From: Candidatus Woesearchaeota archaeon
GTDB taxonomy: Archaea > Nanobdellota > Nanobdellia > Woesearchaeales > DSVV01
Assembly (NCBI GenBank): GCA_018661705.1
Contig: JABJHR010000001.1
Coordinates: forward strand, 47,042-111,041
Length of the DNA: 64,000 bases
Reading direction: 5' to 3'
The position numbers and the translations under genes are program-made. Within the stretch, counting starts at the first letter, position 1. Each line of letters opens with the position of its first letter. Shown in pieces: positions 26,478 to 36,455 of this stretch. A model generated the notes under the pieces. The model had not been told where the DNA came from, ran no database searches, and saw nothing but the letters and a program-made list of their open reading frames with translations.

Positions 26478-27257
26478 ATGACAAATGAAAGAAGTGTATA
26501 TATTAAAAGTGGAATAAAACCAGTGCATGGGTTTGATTTATGGGGGACATTAGTTAATCAACTTGTTTTGGGTCCGAGAGTTATTGAAGCTTATCAAGCT
26601 TTAATGCATGACAGAGCTACAACTGAGGATTTAAAAGCAAAAGTTACTGAAAACATTAAGAATTATCAGGGTGTTTTAGATGGAAAAGATTGGGCAACAG
26701 GTCAAGAAAAAGGTAAATTTGTTGGTAATGTTGAAGACCCATTGTGGCACGCATATAGTGGGGGTAAAGCAGAAGTTAATTTTCAAGGTGCACTTTATGA
26801 TGATGCTCTTGGTGCAATGGATAATATTGCAGTAGCTGGACAAGGATTATGTATTATTACAACTGGTAAATCTTTTTGGATAAAAAAAGCATTAAATGAT
26901 ATGGCACCTGAAATAGGTATTGTGATGGGTGAAGTTTATTTTGGAAGTAAATCTAAACCTGCCCCTTATGATATTGCAATAGAAGATATTTCCAAAAAAG
27001 GTGGTCAATTAGTTTCACATACTGAAGACCAATTAAAAGGTTTTGCAGGATTGTTTGATTCAAGAAGAGCAATGTTTGCTACAGGTGACGAACATTTAGT
27101 GCATCGTTTAATTCCTAGTTTGATGTTTCAAACAGCAACAGTATATGTTGAACGTACAAATCTTGCAACTCCTGAAGAAGTTAGGGCAGCAGGAATAACT
27201 GCATATACCACTGATTTAAGAACTGTACCATATACATCTATGGTTAGAAATGGATAA
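26478..27257 (+). CDS. divergent HAD-like hydrolase
   Basis: GFDLWGTL (motif I-like), IITTG, SK and TED. Confidence 0.5.
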   Translation: MTNERSVYIKSGIKPVHGFDLWGTLVNQLVLGPRVIEAYQALMHDRATTEDLKAKVTENIKNYQGVLDGKDWATGQEKGKFVGNVEDPLWHAYSGGKAEVNFQGALYDDALGAMDNIAVAGQGLCIITTGKSFWIKKALNDMAPEIGIVMGEVYFGSKSKPAPYDIAIEDISKKGGQLVSHTEDQLKGFAGLFDSRRAMFATGDEHLVHRLIPSLMFQTATVYVERTNLATPEEVRAAGITAYTTDLRTVPYTSMVRNG

Positions 27258-27322
27258 AAAACCAATAACTTTTTATTTATCCTTTTTTTATTATATTATG
27301 TGGAAAAGTAGGGGTAATATTA

Positions 27323-28408
27323 ATGACTAATGAACAATTAATTCAAGATATGTCTAAAGAACAATGGATCAAGCGTTGGGCAGGTTCATATACATTTATT
27401 TCTTGTAGTTATTGGGCACCTGATTATGATGAAATACTTGGAAAGGTTTTAGGAGTTGGATTTAAAACTTCATTATTTGTTCACAAGAGAGGGGCTGTTA
27501 CCTTTCTTCTTAGGAAAAATGATTTAGAAAACTTTAGTAAGTTTCTAGCAACAAAAGCTGAGTCTGATCAAGGTTTTGCAATTGAGTTATTAACTAAAGT
27601 AAAAAATAATACAACTGAATTAATGATGATTATGCATGAGTTAGAAGGTAAAATTCCATCCTTAGATGAATACAATTCTTTTTTGAAAGTGTTTGAAAGA
27701 CATCTAGCATATCATAACTTTATGAAAAAAGCAGTTGATTATTTGTCTGATCATGTTTTAGATGTTCTATTACCATATTTTAAAGATGCAAGACTTTATT
27801 CAGAACCAGTATATAGTAGAACAGAAATTTTTTTTAGAAAACTTGCTGAAACAATTGCTGAAAAAGAAGGAAACTATACAAAAGATCTTTTAACATGCTT
27901 AACTCAAGAAGAATTAGAACTTTATCTTCAAGAAGGAACTCTTCCAGAAATTGAGATTCTAGAAAAAAGGTTTGAGGCAAGTGCAATATACTATTGTAAT
28001 GGAGAATTAAAGATTCTTACTGGAGAAGATGTTGATAAAATTGAAGATGCAATTCTTGAGTCAAATGATGAAGTTGATAGTAATAATGGAGAATTAAAAG
28101 GGATAACTGCTTATCCAGGAAAAGTAAAAGGGATTTGTAGAGTTGTTCCTGATCCATTTGATGTTCATGATTTTGATGAAGGGGATATTCTTGTAACAGG
28201 TATGACAAGACCAGAATTTGTACCACTAATGAAGAAAGCAGCTGCAATTGTAACTGATGTGGGAGGTAAACTGTGCCATGCTGCATTATCTGCCAGAGAA
28301 ATGCAATTGCCTTGCATTGTAGGAACTGAAAAAGCAACAAAGGTTCTTAAGGATGGAGAAATGATAGAAGTTGATGCAGATAATGGTGTTGTGAGGAAAG
28401 TTAAATAA
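27323..28408 (+). CDS. PEP-utilising-enzyme mobile (phospho-His) domain protein
   Basis: GDILVTGMTRPEFVPLM..AAAIVTDVGG.LCHAA..ARE...PCIVGT; no ATP-grasp or PEP-binding barrel. Confidence 0.9.
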   Translation: MTNEQLIQDMSKEQWIKRWAGSYTFISCSYWAPDYDEILGKVLGVGFKTSLFVHKRGAVTFLLRKNDLENFSKFLATKAESDQGFAIELLTKVKNNTTELMMIMHELEGKIPSLDEYNSFLKVFERHLAYHNFMKKAVDYLSDHVLDVLLPYFKDARLYSEPVYSRTEIFFRKLAETIAEKEGNYTKDLLTCLTQEELELYLQEGTLPEIEILEKRFEASAIYYCNGELKILTGEDVDKIEDAILESNDEVDSNNGELKGITAYPGKVKGICRVVPDPFDVHDFDEGDILVTGMTRPEFVPLMKKAAAIVTDVGGKLCHAALSAREMQLPCIVGTEKATKVLKDGEMIEVDADNGVVRKVK

Positions 28409-28448
28409 ATTAATAATAAATAAAAAAGTAAATAATAAAAAAAGAATT

Positions 28449-29297
28449 CTATTCCATTATTCCGTACATTGCATATAATAATCTGTCAATGCCTTTTACT
28501 ATTCCAGGACCATAGCCATTAACTGTAATGCAATTGTCATTCATTTCTATGCTTGTTACTGCTGCTTCTCTGAATTCGATTATTGGAACTTGTGTGTTCT
28601 CGCAAGTTAAGATTGCTACTGATTTACATGCATCGTCTTCTTCAGTTAAACATGCAGGTAATAATCTTATATCAAATACTTGTAACAAGTTAGTTCTTAA
28701 CTCGTGATGTGCAAGATTAACATAATCAAGATCATTACTGTTTGGATCAAAACTAAAGTAAGCAATGTATGGGTGTTGAGTTAGGTTGATGTTAAACTCA
28801 TCATACTCTTCTAAATAATTGCTTTGATTAAATGTCATCTCACTAAATCTTGATGCTTCTCCTATTATTTCTATCTCTTCTAATTCCTTTGGTCCATAAT
28901 GTAAAGGAACATCATACTTAATATTTTGATATTGGTTTAGAACTTGTGTATACCACATCCAACCTATATCCTTGCTACCTTGTTTTACAAAGCTGTAACC
29001 ATTATATGAATATTGATTATCATTTTCTTTTCCATCTATAACCTGTTGATGAAGTTCATTTATTGTTTTAGGATCTTCTTTAACAACAAAAGGAATTGCA
29101 ATTATTACAATTAATATTAATAAAATTATTCCTACAATTGCAGCAAATATCTTATAACTTTTTTTCTCATCAAATTCTTCATTTTCATTAACATTAACAT
29201 TACAACCGCACTTCTGGAATGGTTCTGTTTCTTTGTTGAATTTTTCTGCTATTATTGGATCTTGTATGTCTTTATTTTTCTTTTCTTCTTTATCCAT
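28449..29297 (-). CDS. membrane-anchored hypothetical protein
   Basis: One N-terminal TM; C-terminus paralogous to 29307..29897; SD AGGTGA. Confidence 0.75.
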   Translation of the reverse strand: MDKEEKKNKDIQDPIIAEKFNKETEPFQKCGCNVNVNENEEFDEKKSYKIFAAIVGIILLILIVIIAIPFVVKEDPKTINELHQQVIDGKENDNQYSYNGYSFVKQGSKDIGWMWYTQVLNQYQNIKYDVPLHYGPKELEEIEIIGEASRFSEMTFNQSNYLEEYDEFNINLTQHPYIAYFSFDPNSNDLDYVNLAHHELRTNLLQVFDIRLLPACLTEEDDACKSVAILTCENTQVPIIEFREAAVTSIEMNDNCITVNGYGPGIVKGIDRLLYAMYGIME

Positions 29298-29306
29298 GCT
29301 TTTCAC

Positions 29307-29897
29307 CTATTCAATTACTCCATATAATCCATATTTAATTCTTTCAGTTAATGCTTCAAAATCATATCCACTTTGTGCATAAACATAAATGCAGTTATTT
29401 TCTATTGAAATTTTTGTTTCATTTAGATATTTAAAATATACAACTGGAATAGTTGAAGTTGCATTACTACAATCTATTAATGGAAGCGCAGCATATGGTT
29501 CTATTTGTTCTGTTACACCAGACGGGGCATAAATGTTAAAATTCTTTTCTAAAGATTCACCTAAAATCATTCTGGTTAATTCAATGTCTGATAACAGTTT
29601 ATCTTCAGGATCAAATGTAAAATAAACCATGTTTGAATTTTCTAATGTTAACATTGCTTCTGATGAAACATCCATGTCATCTAAATTACTTGGTGAATAC
29701 CCAAAATCTACCCATTCCCCATTAATCTTTGTTTGTAAACTAATGCCATCGGTTTTTATTTTGAAACCATTATATTTCTCTACAACTCCGCCTTCCCACA
29801 TAGCTAATAAACTAGAAACCATTATGAAAGCAATAAATAATCCTACAATATTCTTTTTATTAAAATATCTTTTCTCTTTTTTTTTATGTCTTGACAT
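29307..29897 (-). CDS. membrane-anchored hypothetical protein
   Basis: N-terminal TM; YFTFDP...C...NNCI...ERIKYGLYGVIE. Confidence 0.75.
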   Translation of the reverse strand: MSRHKKKEKRYFNKKNIVGLFIAFIMVSSLLAMWEGGVVEKYNGFKIKTDGISLQTKINGEWVDFGYSPSNLDDMDVSSEAMLTLENSNMVYFTFDPEDKLLSDIELTRMILGESLEKNFNIYAPSGVTEQIEPYAALPLIDCSNATSTIPVVYFKYLNETKISIENNCIYVYAQSGYDFEALTERIKYGLYGVIE

Positions 29898-30064
29898 TTT
29901 ATCCCTCACACTCAGTAATATGTATGTATCTATCAGAAGAAATTAGGTTTTTATATATTTTTTGTAAAGTTCAAGTATAGTTAAATATAACATATTTAAC
30001 TACCATTCAGAAATTATGGGTTTTCAAAAGATTTATATACCTTTGAGTTTTCCCAAAACTCGTA

Positions 30065-30781
30065 ATGGAACCAGCAGTGGCGTTAGATTCAAAAGGGGGT
30101 ATGCTTGCAATTGCAAGGCGTGGAGATGTAATTCTCTATGATGTTAGCTCAGATGAAATAGTTCATTCTTTTGAAATTGGTGCAGCAAATCTTCTTGCCT
30201 TAGGTTGGCTTAATAATGATATTGAAGGTTATGAAGATGTTTTAGCTGTTCTTCATGATACAAGTTTACGTGATCTTGAAGGTGAATTAAATCATACAAC
30301 CGAAGGCAGAAACAAATTAACTTTTATTAACACAGACGGTGGTAAAATTCTTTCACTTCATTATCATGGATTTTCATATATAGACCATGCAGCACAAGAT
30401 AGAGTTCAGGCAGGGATGGTTAAAGTTTCTGGATTAATGCCTGAAGCAGCTGATACTGGAAAAAGATCTTTTAATTGGAAACATGAATTAGGTGAGTGTG
30501 GAGGAAAAGCTCAAAGAGGAGTTTCACCTTATGGTTTATTTCCTTCTGATGTTGCAGGTTATAAAGCAAGAATTAGAAATGCAGAAGCTTTTGAATTTAG
30601 TTGTTTTGGAAATGTTTTACTTGAAGGGAGATATACTGAACTAGGAAAAGTAGCTTCTCAAATCGGTAAAACTAATAAATCTGGTAGTGATGAACTAAGT
30701 GCCAGAGCATTTCAAGATGGGGCAGTTAGATTATATCGTGCCGGGGTAGAATATAAAACAATTAATAGACTTTGTAGATGA
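30065..30781 (+). CDS. hypothetical protein
   Basis: 238-aa ORF after TATA TTTATATA (30032). Confidence 0.6.
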   Translation: MEPAVALDSKGGMLAIARRGDVILYDVSSDEIVHSFEIGAANLLALGWLNNDIEGYEDVLAVLHDTSLRDLEGELNHTTEGRNKLTFINTDGGKILSLHYHGFSYIDHAAQDRVQAGMVKVSGLMPEAADTGKRSFNWKHELGECGGKAQRGVSPYGLFPSDVAGYKARIRNAEAFEFSCFGNVLLEGRYTELGKVASQIGKTNKSGSDELSARAFQDGAVRLYRAGVEYKTINRLCR

Positions 30782-30788
30782 TTAATAT

Positions 30789-30950
30789 TAGTTCTAAGTA
30801 AGTAGTTCTAAGTTTGTAGTGGGATTATATAAGGTAATAAAGGTTTTAAGGGTTAGAAAGGTAATTGTATACCTTTCAAACCTTTCCTACCTTTAGAACC
30901 ATTTTTACGTTTATTCCCACGTCTTACTTATAACTTAAAACTACTTACTA
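30789..30950. repeat. Family C fold-back enclosing a Family D fold-back (30830-30900)
   Basis: Outer AGTAAGTAGTTCTAAGTT / AACTTAAAACTACTTACT; inner part matches 16853-16935. Confidence 0.75.
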
Positions 30951-31058
30951 ACAAATTATAAAATATTTTTTAATTTTTCTTACAACGGACCATGATCCGA
31001 AGGCAAAATATATAAAGGGCATTCAACAGACTAAATCAAAAGCAAAGTTGGTGAAAAT

Positions 31059-31790
31059 ATCGTACACAAAAAATCAAAAAAAACAAAAAATAATCAAGCA
31101 ATTATTAAAATTTCAGATGTTTGGAAGATTTATCACGTTGGAACAGTTGATGTTCATGCTTTGCGTGGCCTTACATTAGAAATTAAAGAAGGAGATTTTG
31201 TAGCTGTTATGGGTCCTTCAGGAAGTGGTAAGTCAACAGCTGTAAATATGATTGGTTGCTTAGATATTCCTTCTAAAGGAAAAATCTATTTAGATGGCGA
31301 GGATATTTCTTTGATGACTGAATCTGATCTTGCCCAAATTAGAGGGAAAAAAATAGGGTTTGTATTTCAACAATTTAATTTAATTCCAACGTTAACTGCT
31401 TTGGAAAATGTTGCATTACCTATGGTTTTTCAAGGTTATGAAAAAGAAGAAAGAATCAAAAGAGCATCTGATTTATTAAAATTAGTTGGGTTAGAGGAAC
31501 GAATGAATCATAGACCAACAGAATTAAGTGGTGGGCAACAACAAAGAGTTGCAATTGCTAGAGCATTAAGTAATGATCCTCAAATTTTATTAGCAGATGA
31601 ACCTACTGGAAACTTAGATCAAAAAACAGGTAAAGAAATTATGAACTTATTATTTGATCTTCATAGAGAAGGTAAAACAATTGTTATGGTTTCACATGAT
31701 GCTAAACTTGCAGAACATGCAAAAAGAGTTGAATTATTAATTGACGGGAAGATTGTTAAGTCCTATAATGGTAAAAATCATACTAAATAA
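31059..31790 (+). CDS. MacB/LolD-type ABC transporter ATP-binding protein
   Basis: GPSGSGKS, FQQFNL, LSGGQQQRVAIARAL and ADEPTGNLD. The frame extends upstream of the track's TTG to an ATC behind an SD. Confidence 0.93.
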   Translation: MVHKKSKKTKNNQAIIKISDVWKIYHVGTVDVHALRGLTLEIKEGDFVAVMGPSGSGKSTAVNMIGCLDIPSKGKIYLDGEDISLMTESDLAQIRGKKIGFVFQQFNLIPTLTALENVALPMVFQGYEKEERIKRASDLLKLVGLEERMNHRPTELSGGQQQRVAIARALSNDPQILLADEPTGNLDQKTGKEIMNLLFDLHREGKTIVMVSHDAKLAEHAKRVELLIDGKIVKSYNGKNHTK

Positions 31791-31900
31791 TCATTAAATG
31801 AGGTAATATAATGGTAAATATAACAATAAATTATATAAAGAATGAATACAAAAAAACTATTATCCTATTAAAATCAATAAAAAAGTGGGGATTAATTAAT

Positions 31901-33211
31901 ATGACTATGAAAAACGCAAAACCAATTATGTTTATATTATTCTGTACATGCTTTCTTTTGTTAAGTATGTCTTTTGTTTCTGCAACAAACAAAATTATTA
32001 ATAGTGCTCATCTTGCAGTTTATTTAGCAGATCAAAATCCTGATCCTGCTGAGCCAGGAGAAATTCTTGAGCTAAGATTTAATGTGTGGAATAATGGCTC
32101 AGGTATTATAGAAAATGTTGATTTTGAATTAACACCTGAATGGCCATTATCATTTGTTTCTGGACAAAGTCCTAAGATTGGCGTTGGTGATCTCAAAGGA
32201 AATTTTTATGATGTATATAATGATAAAGCAGAAGATAATATTGCAACTTTATTTTATAGATTAAAAGTTGATCCTAAAGCAGTTACTGGTGATTACCAAG
32301 TTAAATTAGAATATAGTTCACCAAGTAAATATGGTGTTCCACAAAAATTACCTGTTTTTACAGTAAGAGTAGAGTCTTCAACATCATTACTTGATATTGA
32401 AAATTTTCAAACAACTCCTGAAAAAATAGTTCCTGGAAGTTCTGGTAAACTTTATCTTAAACTTGCTAATAAAGGAGGGGTTGATCTTAAAGATATTAAA
32501 GTTAAATTAGATCTTGATAATGTTGATATTTCTACATTGGGATCTACAAATGAAAAAGTAATTTCTTCTATTCAAAGAGATCATTCAACAATGATTGAAT
32601 ATGAAATTCTTGCTTCTGGAGAAATGAAAGGAAGGGAATACCAAATCCCTGTTGAGATTACATATGAAGATGACGATAATAACGAATATACTAAGAATAA
32701 TACAATTACTATTTTAATGGACTCAACTCCTGATTATTTGCTTAATCTAGAGCAATCAGAAATATATCATCAAAATTCAAAAGGTAAGATTGTTGTTAGT
32801 TTATCTAATACTGGTCAATCTGATCTAAAGTTTCTTAACTTTGAATTATTAGATACTGATAATTATGAAGTAATTGGAAAAAGAAGCGAATATTTAGGAA
32901 ATTTAGAAAGTGATGATTATGAAACTGCAGATTTTCAAATTTTTGTAAAGAAAGTTAATTTTCCAGAAGATAATGAAAAAAGAAATCTGCCATTAAAAGT
33001 TAAAATTAGTTATAAAGACGGTTATAATATTGATTATGCAGATGAAGATGAAATTAAATTACCAATTTATACTAAGTCTGCTGCAAAGAAGTATGGACTT
33101 GTTAATGGTGGAATTTCAGGAACCAAAATATTTTTCATTCTTTTAATCATAGCAGGAATAGGTTATTATATCTACAGAAAAAAGAAAGGTAAGAATAACA
33201 ATAAAAAATGA
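31901..33211 (+). CDS. COG1361-type S-layer/Ig-fold protein associated with the ABC system
   Basis: Signal peptide, QNPDPAEPG, three beta-sandwich repeats, C-terminal TM and basic tail. Confidence 0.8.
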   Translation: MTMKNAKPIMFILFCTCFLLLSMSFVSATNKIINSAHLAVYLADQNPDPAEPGEILELRFNVWNNGSGIIENVDFELTPEWPLSFVSGQSPKIGVGDLKGNFYDVYNDKAEDNIATLFYRLKVDPKAVTGDYQVKLEYSSPSKYGVPQKLPVFTVRVESSTSLLDIENFQTTPEKIVPGSSGKLYLKLANKGGVDLKDIKVKLDLDNVDISTLGSTNEKVISSIQRDHSTMIEYEILASGEMKGREYQIPVEITYEDDDNNEYTKNNTITILMDSTPDYLLNLEQSEIYHQNSKGKIVVSLSNTGQSDLKFLNFELLDTDNYEVIGKRSEYLGNLESDDYETADFQIFVKKVNFPEDNEKRNLPLKVKISYKDGYNIDYADEDEIKLPIYTKSAAKKYGLVNGGISGTKIFFILLIIAGIGYYIYRKKKGKNNNKK

Positions 33212-33214
33212 TTT

Positions 33215-33331
33215 AGTTTAGGTTTTGAGTTTTAAGTATTGAATAATGAGTGGGTTTTGAGTAAACTATAACGGTATTCATGATTCCTTACCCATAACCA
33301 ACTCAAGACCCATAACACATAACTCATAACT
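33215..33331. repeat. Family C fold-back spacer
   Basis: GGTTTTGAGTTTTAAGT.. / ..CCCATAACACATAACTCATAACT. Confidence 0.7.
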
Positions 33332-33358
33332 TTGTAGGATATTCCTAGGGGTTTAATT

Positions 33359-34588
33359 ATGATTTTAGAATATTTTAAAATTGCTATAAAAAATCTATTC
33401 AATAGAAAATTAAGGTCACTTCTTACGATAATTGGGATAGTAATTGGTATTGTAGCAGTAGTTGGTTTGATTTCTGTTGGTCAAGGGATGCAGAATGCAA
33501 TCAATGAACAGTTTCAAACAGTTGGTCAAGATAGAATTGTTGTAACACCAGGTGGGGAAGGATTTACAGGAACAAGCCCAGTTACATCAGAATATTCAAC
33601 AGATAGATTATTCGAACATGATTTAGATGTTATTAAAGGAGTTAAAGGTGTCTATAAAGCAACAGGTGCAACTATTGAGATTGGTGAAGTTAAATTTGAT
33701 AATACTATTGAATATTTTAGTGTGTTTGGTGTTCCAACGGATTCCGAATCTTTAAGTTTAATTAAAACAATTGATTTTTTTCTAATTGAAGATGGAAGAG
33801 AGTTTGGTAATGGGGAAACAGGAAAAGTTATTGTTGGCTATAAAGTTGCACTTGAAGGTTTTGATAAAGAAATTAGAAAAGGACATAGATTAAAAGTTAA
33901 GGGTGATGACTTCAAAGTTATTGCACTTCAAAAAAAAACAGGAAGCCCTATTCATGATAATATGGTTAGAATCCCAATTGATGAGGCAAGGGCGTTATTT
34001 GATCGTGCAAATGATGAATTTACAACTATATTTATTAAAGTTGGGGCAAGTGAAGATCCGGCGGTGGTTGCTGAAGATATAAAAAAAGCTATGAGGCGAG
34101 ATCATGGTGTTAAGGAAGGTGAAGAAGATTTTAAAGTTACAACGTCTGTTCAATTAATGGAAGGTTTTAATAATATCCTTAATGTTGTACAAATTGTGTT
34201 AATTGGTATTGCAGGAATTTCTTTATTTGTAGGTGGGATTGGAATTATGAATACCATGTATACCTCTGTTTTACAGAGAAGAAAAGAAATTGGAATTATG
34301 AAATCTATTGGCGCCACAAATGCTGCTATATTAATGATCTTTTTGTTTGAATCTGGAGTTTTAGGAATTATTGGCGGAGTTATTGGAGTTATTTTTGGAT
34401 TAATGTTAAGTAAAGGTGTTGAGTTAGCGGCAAGTTTAGCAGGAGTTGATTTGTTAAAAGTTTATGTCTCAATTCCTTTAGTTGTATCTGCATTAATATT
34501 TTCATTTTTAATTGGAGCATTATCAGGATTTATGCCTGCAAAGCAAGCTTCTAATCTACAACCTGTTGATGCATTGAGAGGACTCTAA
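33359..34588 (+). CDS. MacB/FtsX-like ABC permease
   Basis: RKLRSLLTIIGIVIG and GIMNTMYTSVLQRRKEIGIMKSIGA. Confidence 0.93.
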   Translation: MILEYFKIAIKNLFNRKLRSLLTIIGIVIGIVAVVGLISVGQGMQNAINEQFQTVGQDRIVVTPGGEGFTGTSPVTSEYSTDRLFEHDLDVIKGVKGVYKATGATIEIGEVKFDNTIEYFSVFGVPTDSESLSLIKTIDFFLIEDGREFGNGETGKVIVGYKVALEGFDKEIRKGHRLKVKGDDFKVIALQKKTGSPIHDNMVRIPIDEARALFDRANDEFTTIFIKVGASEDPAVVAEDIKKAMRRDHGVKEGEEDFKVTTSVQLMEGFNNILNVVQIVLIGIAGISLFVGGIGIMNTMYTSVLQRRKEIGIMKSIGATNAAILMIFLFESGVLGIIGGVIGVIFGLMLSKGVELAASLAGVDLLKVYVSIPLVVSALIFSFLIGALSGFMPAKQASNLQPVDALRGL

Positions 34589-34589
34589 A

Positions 34590-35819
34590 ATGATGGAAAA
34601 AGTTATTTTAGAATTTTTTAAGTTTGGTTTTGAGAATATAAGAAATAGAAAAATCAGATCTTGGTTAACAATGTTGGGTATCTTTATTGGTATTGCAGCA
34701 ATAGTTGCTTTGTTATCTCTCGGACAAGGATTAAAGAGTGCAATTGATGAACAATTTGAAAATATGGGTAGAGATAAGATCATGGTTACTCCGGGGCAGG
34801 GATTAGGGCTAGATGCAAGCGCAGGTCAGATTATATTAACTGAAGATGATAGAGATTTAATTAATGGTATTAATGGTGTTGATATTACAAGTGGATTTTT
34901 GTATAAAGCAATTCCTATAAAATATAAAAAAGAACAAAAAACTGTTTTTGTAATGGGTGTTTATACCACAGGAGAGGAAATAGAAGTTGTAAAGAGCATG
35001 CAAAGTTGGGAAGTATTAGATGGGCGAGAATTATCAAAAACAGACAGATCTAAAGCATTAATTGGTTGTTTGTATGCTGAAGATGAGAAAATCTTTGAAA
35101 AAGCAATTTCCTTAAAAGAAAATATTGAAATATCTGGTGAAGATTTCAGGACTGTTGGTTTTATGAGTTGTATGGGCAATAATCAAGACGATAGTAATGT
35201 GTACATTCCAATGGACGTTGCTAGAGAAGTATTTAATGAACCTGATAAATTAGATATGTTATTTGTAAAAGTTAAATCTGGTTATTCTCCTCAATTAGTT
35301 GCTGACAAAATTATTACAAAAATGAGACGAGATAGAAATCTAAAAGAAGGAGAAGAAAACTTTTCAGTTCAAACATCTGAACAATTAATAGAGGTGTTTG
35401 GGTCTATTTTAGCTATTATCCAATTTGTTCTTGTAGGTATTGCAGGAATTTCATTATTAGTAGGAGGAGTTGGAATTATGAACACTATGTATACTTCTGT
35501 TCTTGAAAGAACAAGAGAAATTGGTATTATGAAAGCTATTGGTGCAAGAAGAAGATATATTCTGACGTTATTCTTAATTGAATCTGGAATGATGGGAGCA
35601 GTTGGTGGAGCAATTGGTGTAGTTCTTGGTTTATTAATTGCTTACGGTGTAGAACTAGGAGCAAAAGCATCTGGCTTTTCTTATCTTAATGTTCAAATTA
35701 GTCCTGGATTAGTTTTATTTGGGATTGGGTTTGCGTTTATAGTAGGAAGTGCAGCAGGAATATTACCAGCGATAAAGGCTGTAAAGATGCAGGCTGTTGA
35801 CGCTTTACACTACGAGTGA
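34590..35819 (+). CDS. MacB/FtsX-like ABC permease (paralogue)
   Basis: RKIRSWLTMLGIFIG and GIMNTMYTSVLERTREIGIMKAIGA. Confidence 0.93.
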   Translation: MMEKVILEFFKFGFENIRNRKIRSWLTMLGIFIGIAAIVALLSLGQGLKSAIDEQFENMGRDKIMVTPGQGLGLDASAGQIILTEDDRDLINGINGVDITSGFLYKAIPIKYKKEQKTVFVMGVYTTGEEIEVVKSMQSWEVLDGRELSKTDRSKALIGCLYAEDEKIFEKAISLKENIEISGEDFRTVGFMSCMGNNQDDSNVYIPMDVAREVFNEPDKLDMLFVKVKSGYSPQLVADKIITKMRRDRNLKEGEENFSVQTSEQLIEVFGSILAIIQFVLVGIAGISLLVGGVGIMNTMYTSVLERTREIGIMKAIGARRRYILTLFLIESGMMGAVGGAIGVVLGLLIAYGVELGAKASGFSYLNVQISPGLVLFGIGFAFIVGSAAGILPAIKAVKMQAVDALHYE

Positions 35820-35847
35820 TTGTTTCTTTTTGTTGGATTTTACAAAG

Positions 35848-35941
35848 AAAAAAATAACAACAATATAGGCACAGACGCATTTTTCCCTACGGAAAAAATA
35901 CTACTCGGCTACGCCTCGCCTGGCCATGCTGTTATTTTTTT
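35848..35941 (-). repeat. Family A three-way-junction repeat, copy 5
   Basis: Minus strand: GGCCAGGCGA-GGC GTA GCC-GAGTA-GTATTTTTTCC GTAG GGAAAAATGC-GTCTGTGCC. Confidence 0.9.
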
Positions 35942-35978
35942 AGTAAATAATTTAAACTAGCAGATAAATTAAATATGC

Positions 35979-36455
35979 ATGAACCATTCAATCAAAGTTG
36001 GATTAAGTTTTGGATTAACATCTGGGATAATTACAACACTTGGTTTAATGGTTGGACTAAGTAGTGGAACACATTCTAAAATAGCTGTTTTAGGTGGTAT
36101 CTTAACAATAGCCGTTGCTGATTCAATGTCTGATGCATTTGGTATCCATGTTTCAGAAGAAGCAGAAGGTGTTCATACACAAAAAGAAATATGGGAATCT
36201 ACATTAACAACTTTTATTGCTAAATTATTATTTGCATTAACATTTATTATACCTCTTCTATTTTTTACATTACAAACTGCAGTTGTTGTTGGTGTTATAT
36301 GGGGTTTGTTTGCATTAAGTGTTTATAGCTATGTTATTAGTAAAGGTAAAGAAATATCTAAACTAAAAGTTGTTTTAGAACATTTATTTGTTGGTGTAAT
36401 AGTTATTGTTATTACACATTTTGTTGGTGTGTTGATTAGTATGTATTTTGGGTAA
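35979..36455 (+). CDS. VIT1/CCC1-like transporter
   Basis: FGLTSGIITTLG...IAVADSMSDAFGIHVSEE. Confidence 0.8.
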   Translation: MNHSIKVGLSFGLTSGIITTLGLMVGLSSGTHSKIAVLGGILTIAVADSMSDAFGIHVSEEAEGVHTQKEIWESTLTTFIAKLLFALTFIIPLLFFTLQTAVVVGVIWGLFALSVYSYVISKGKEISKLKVVLEHLFVGVIVIVITHFVGVLISMYFG

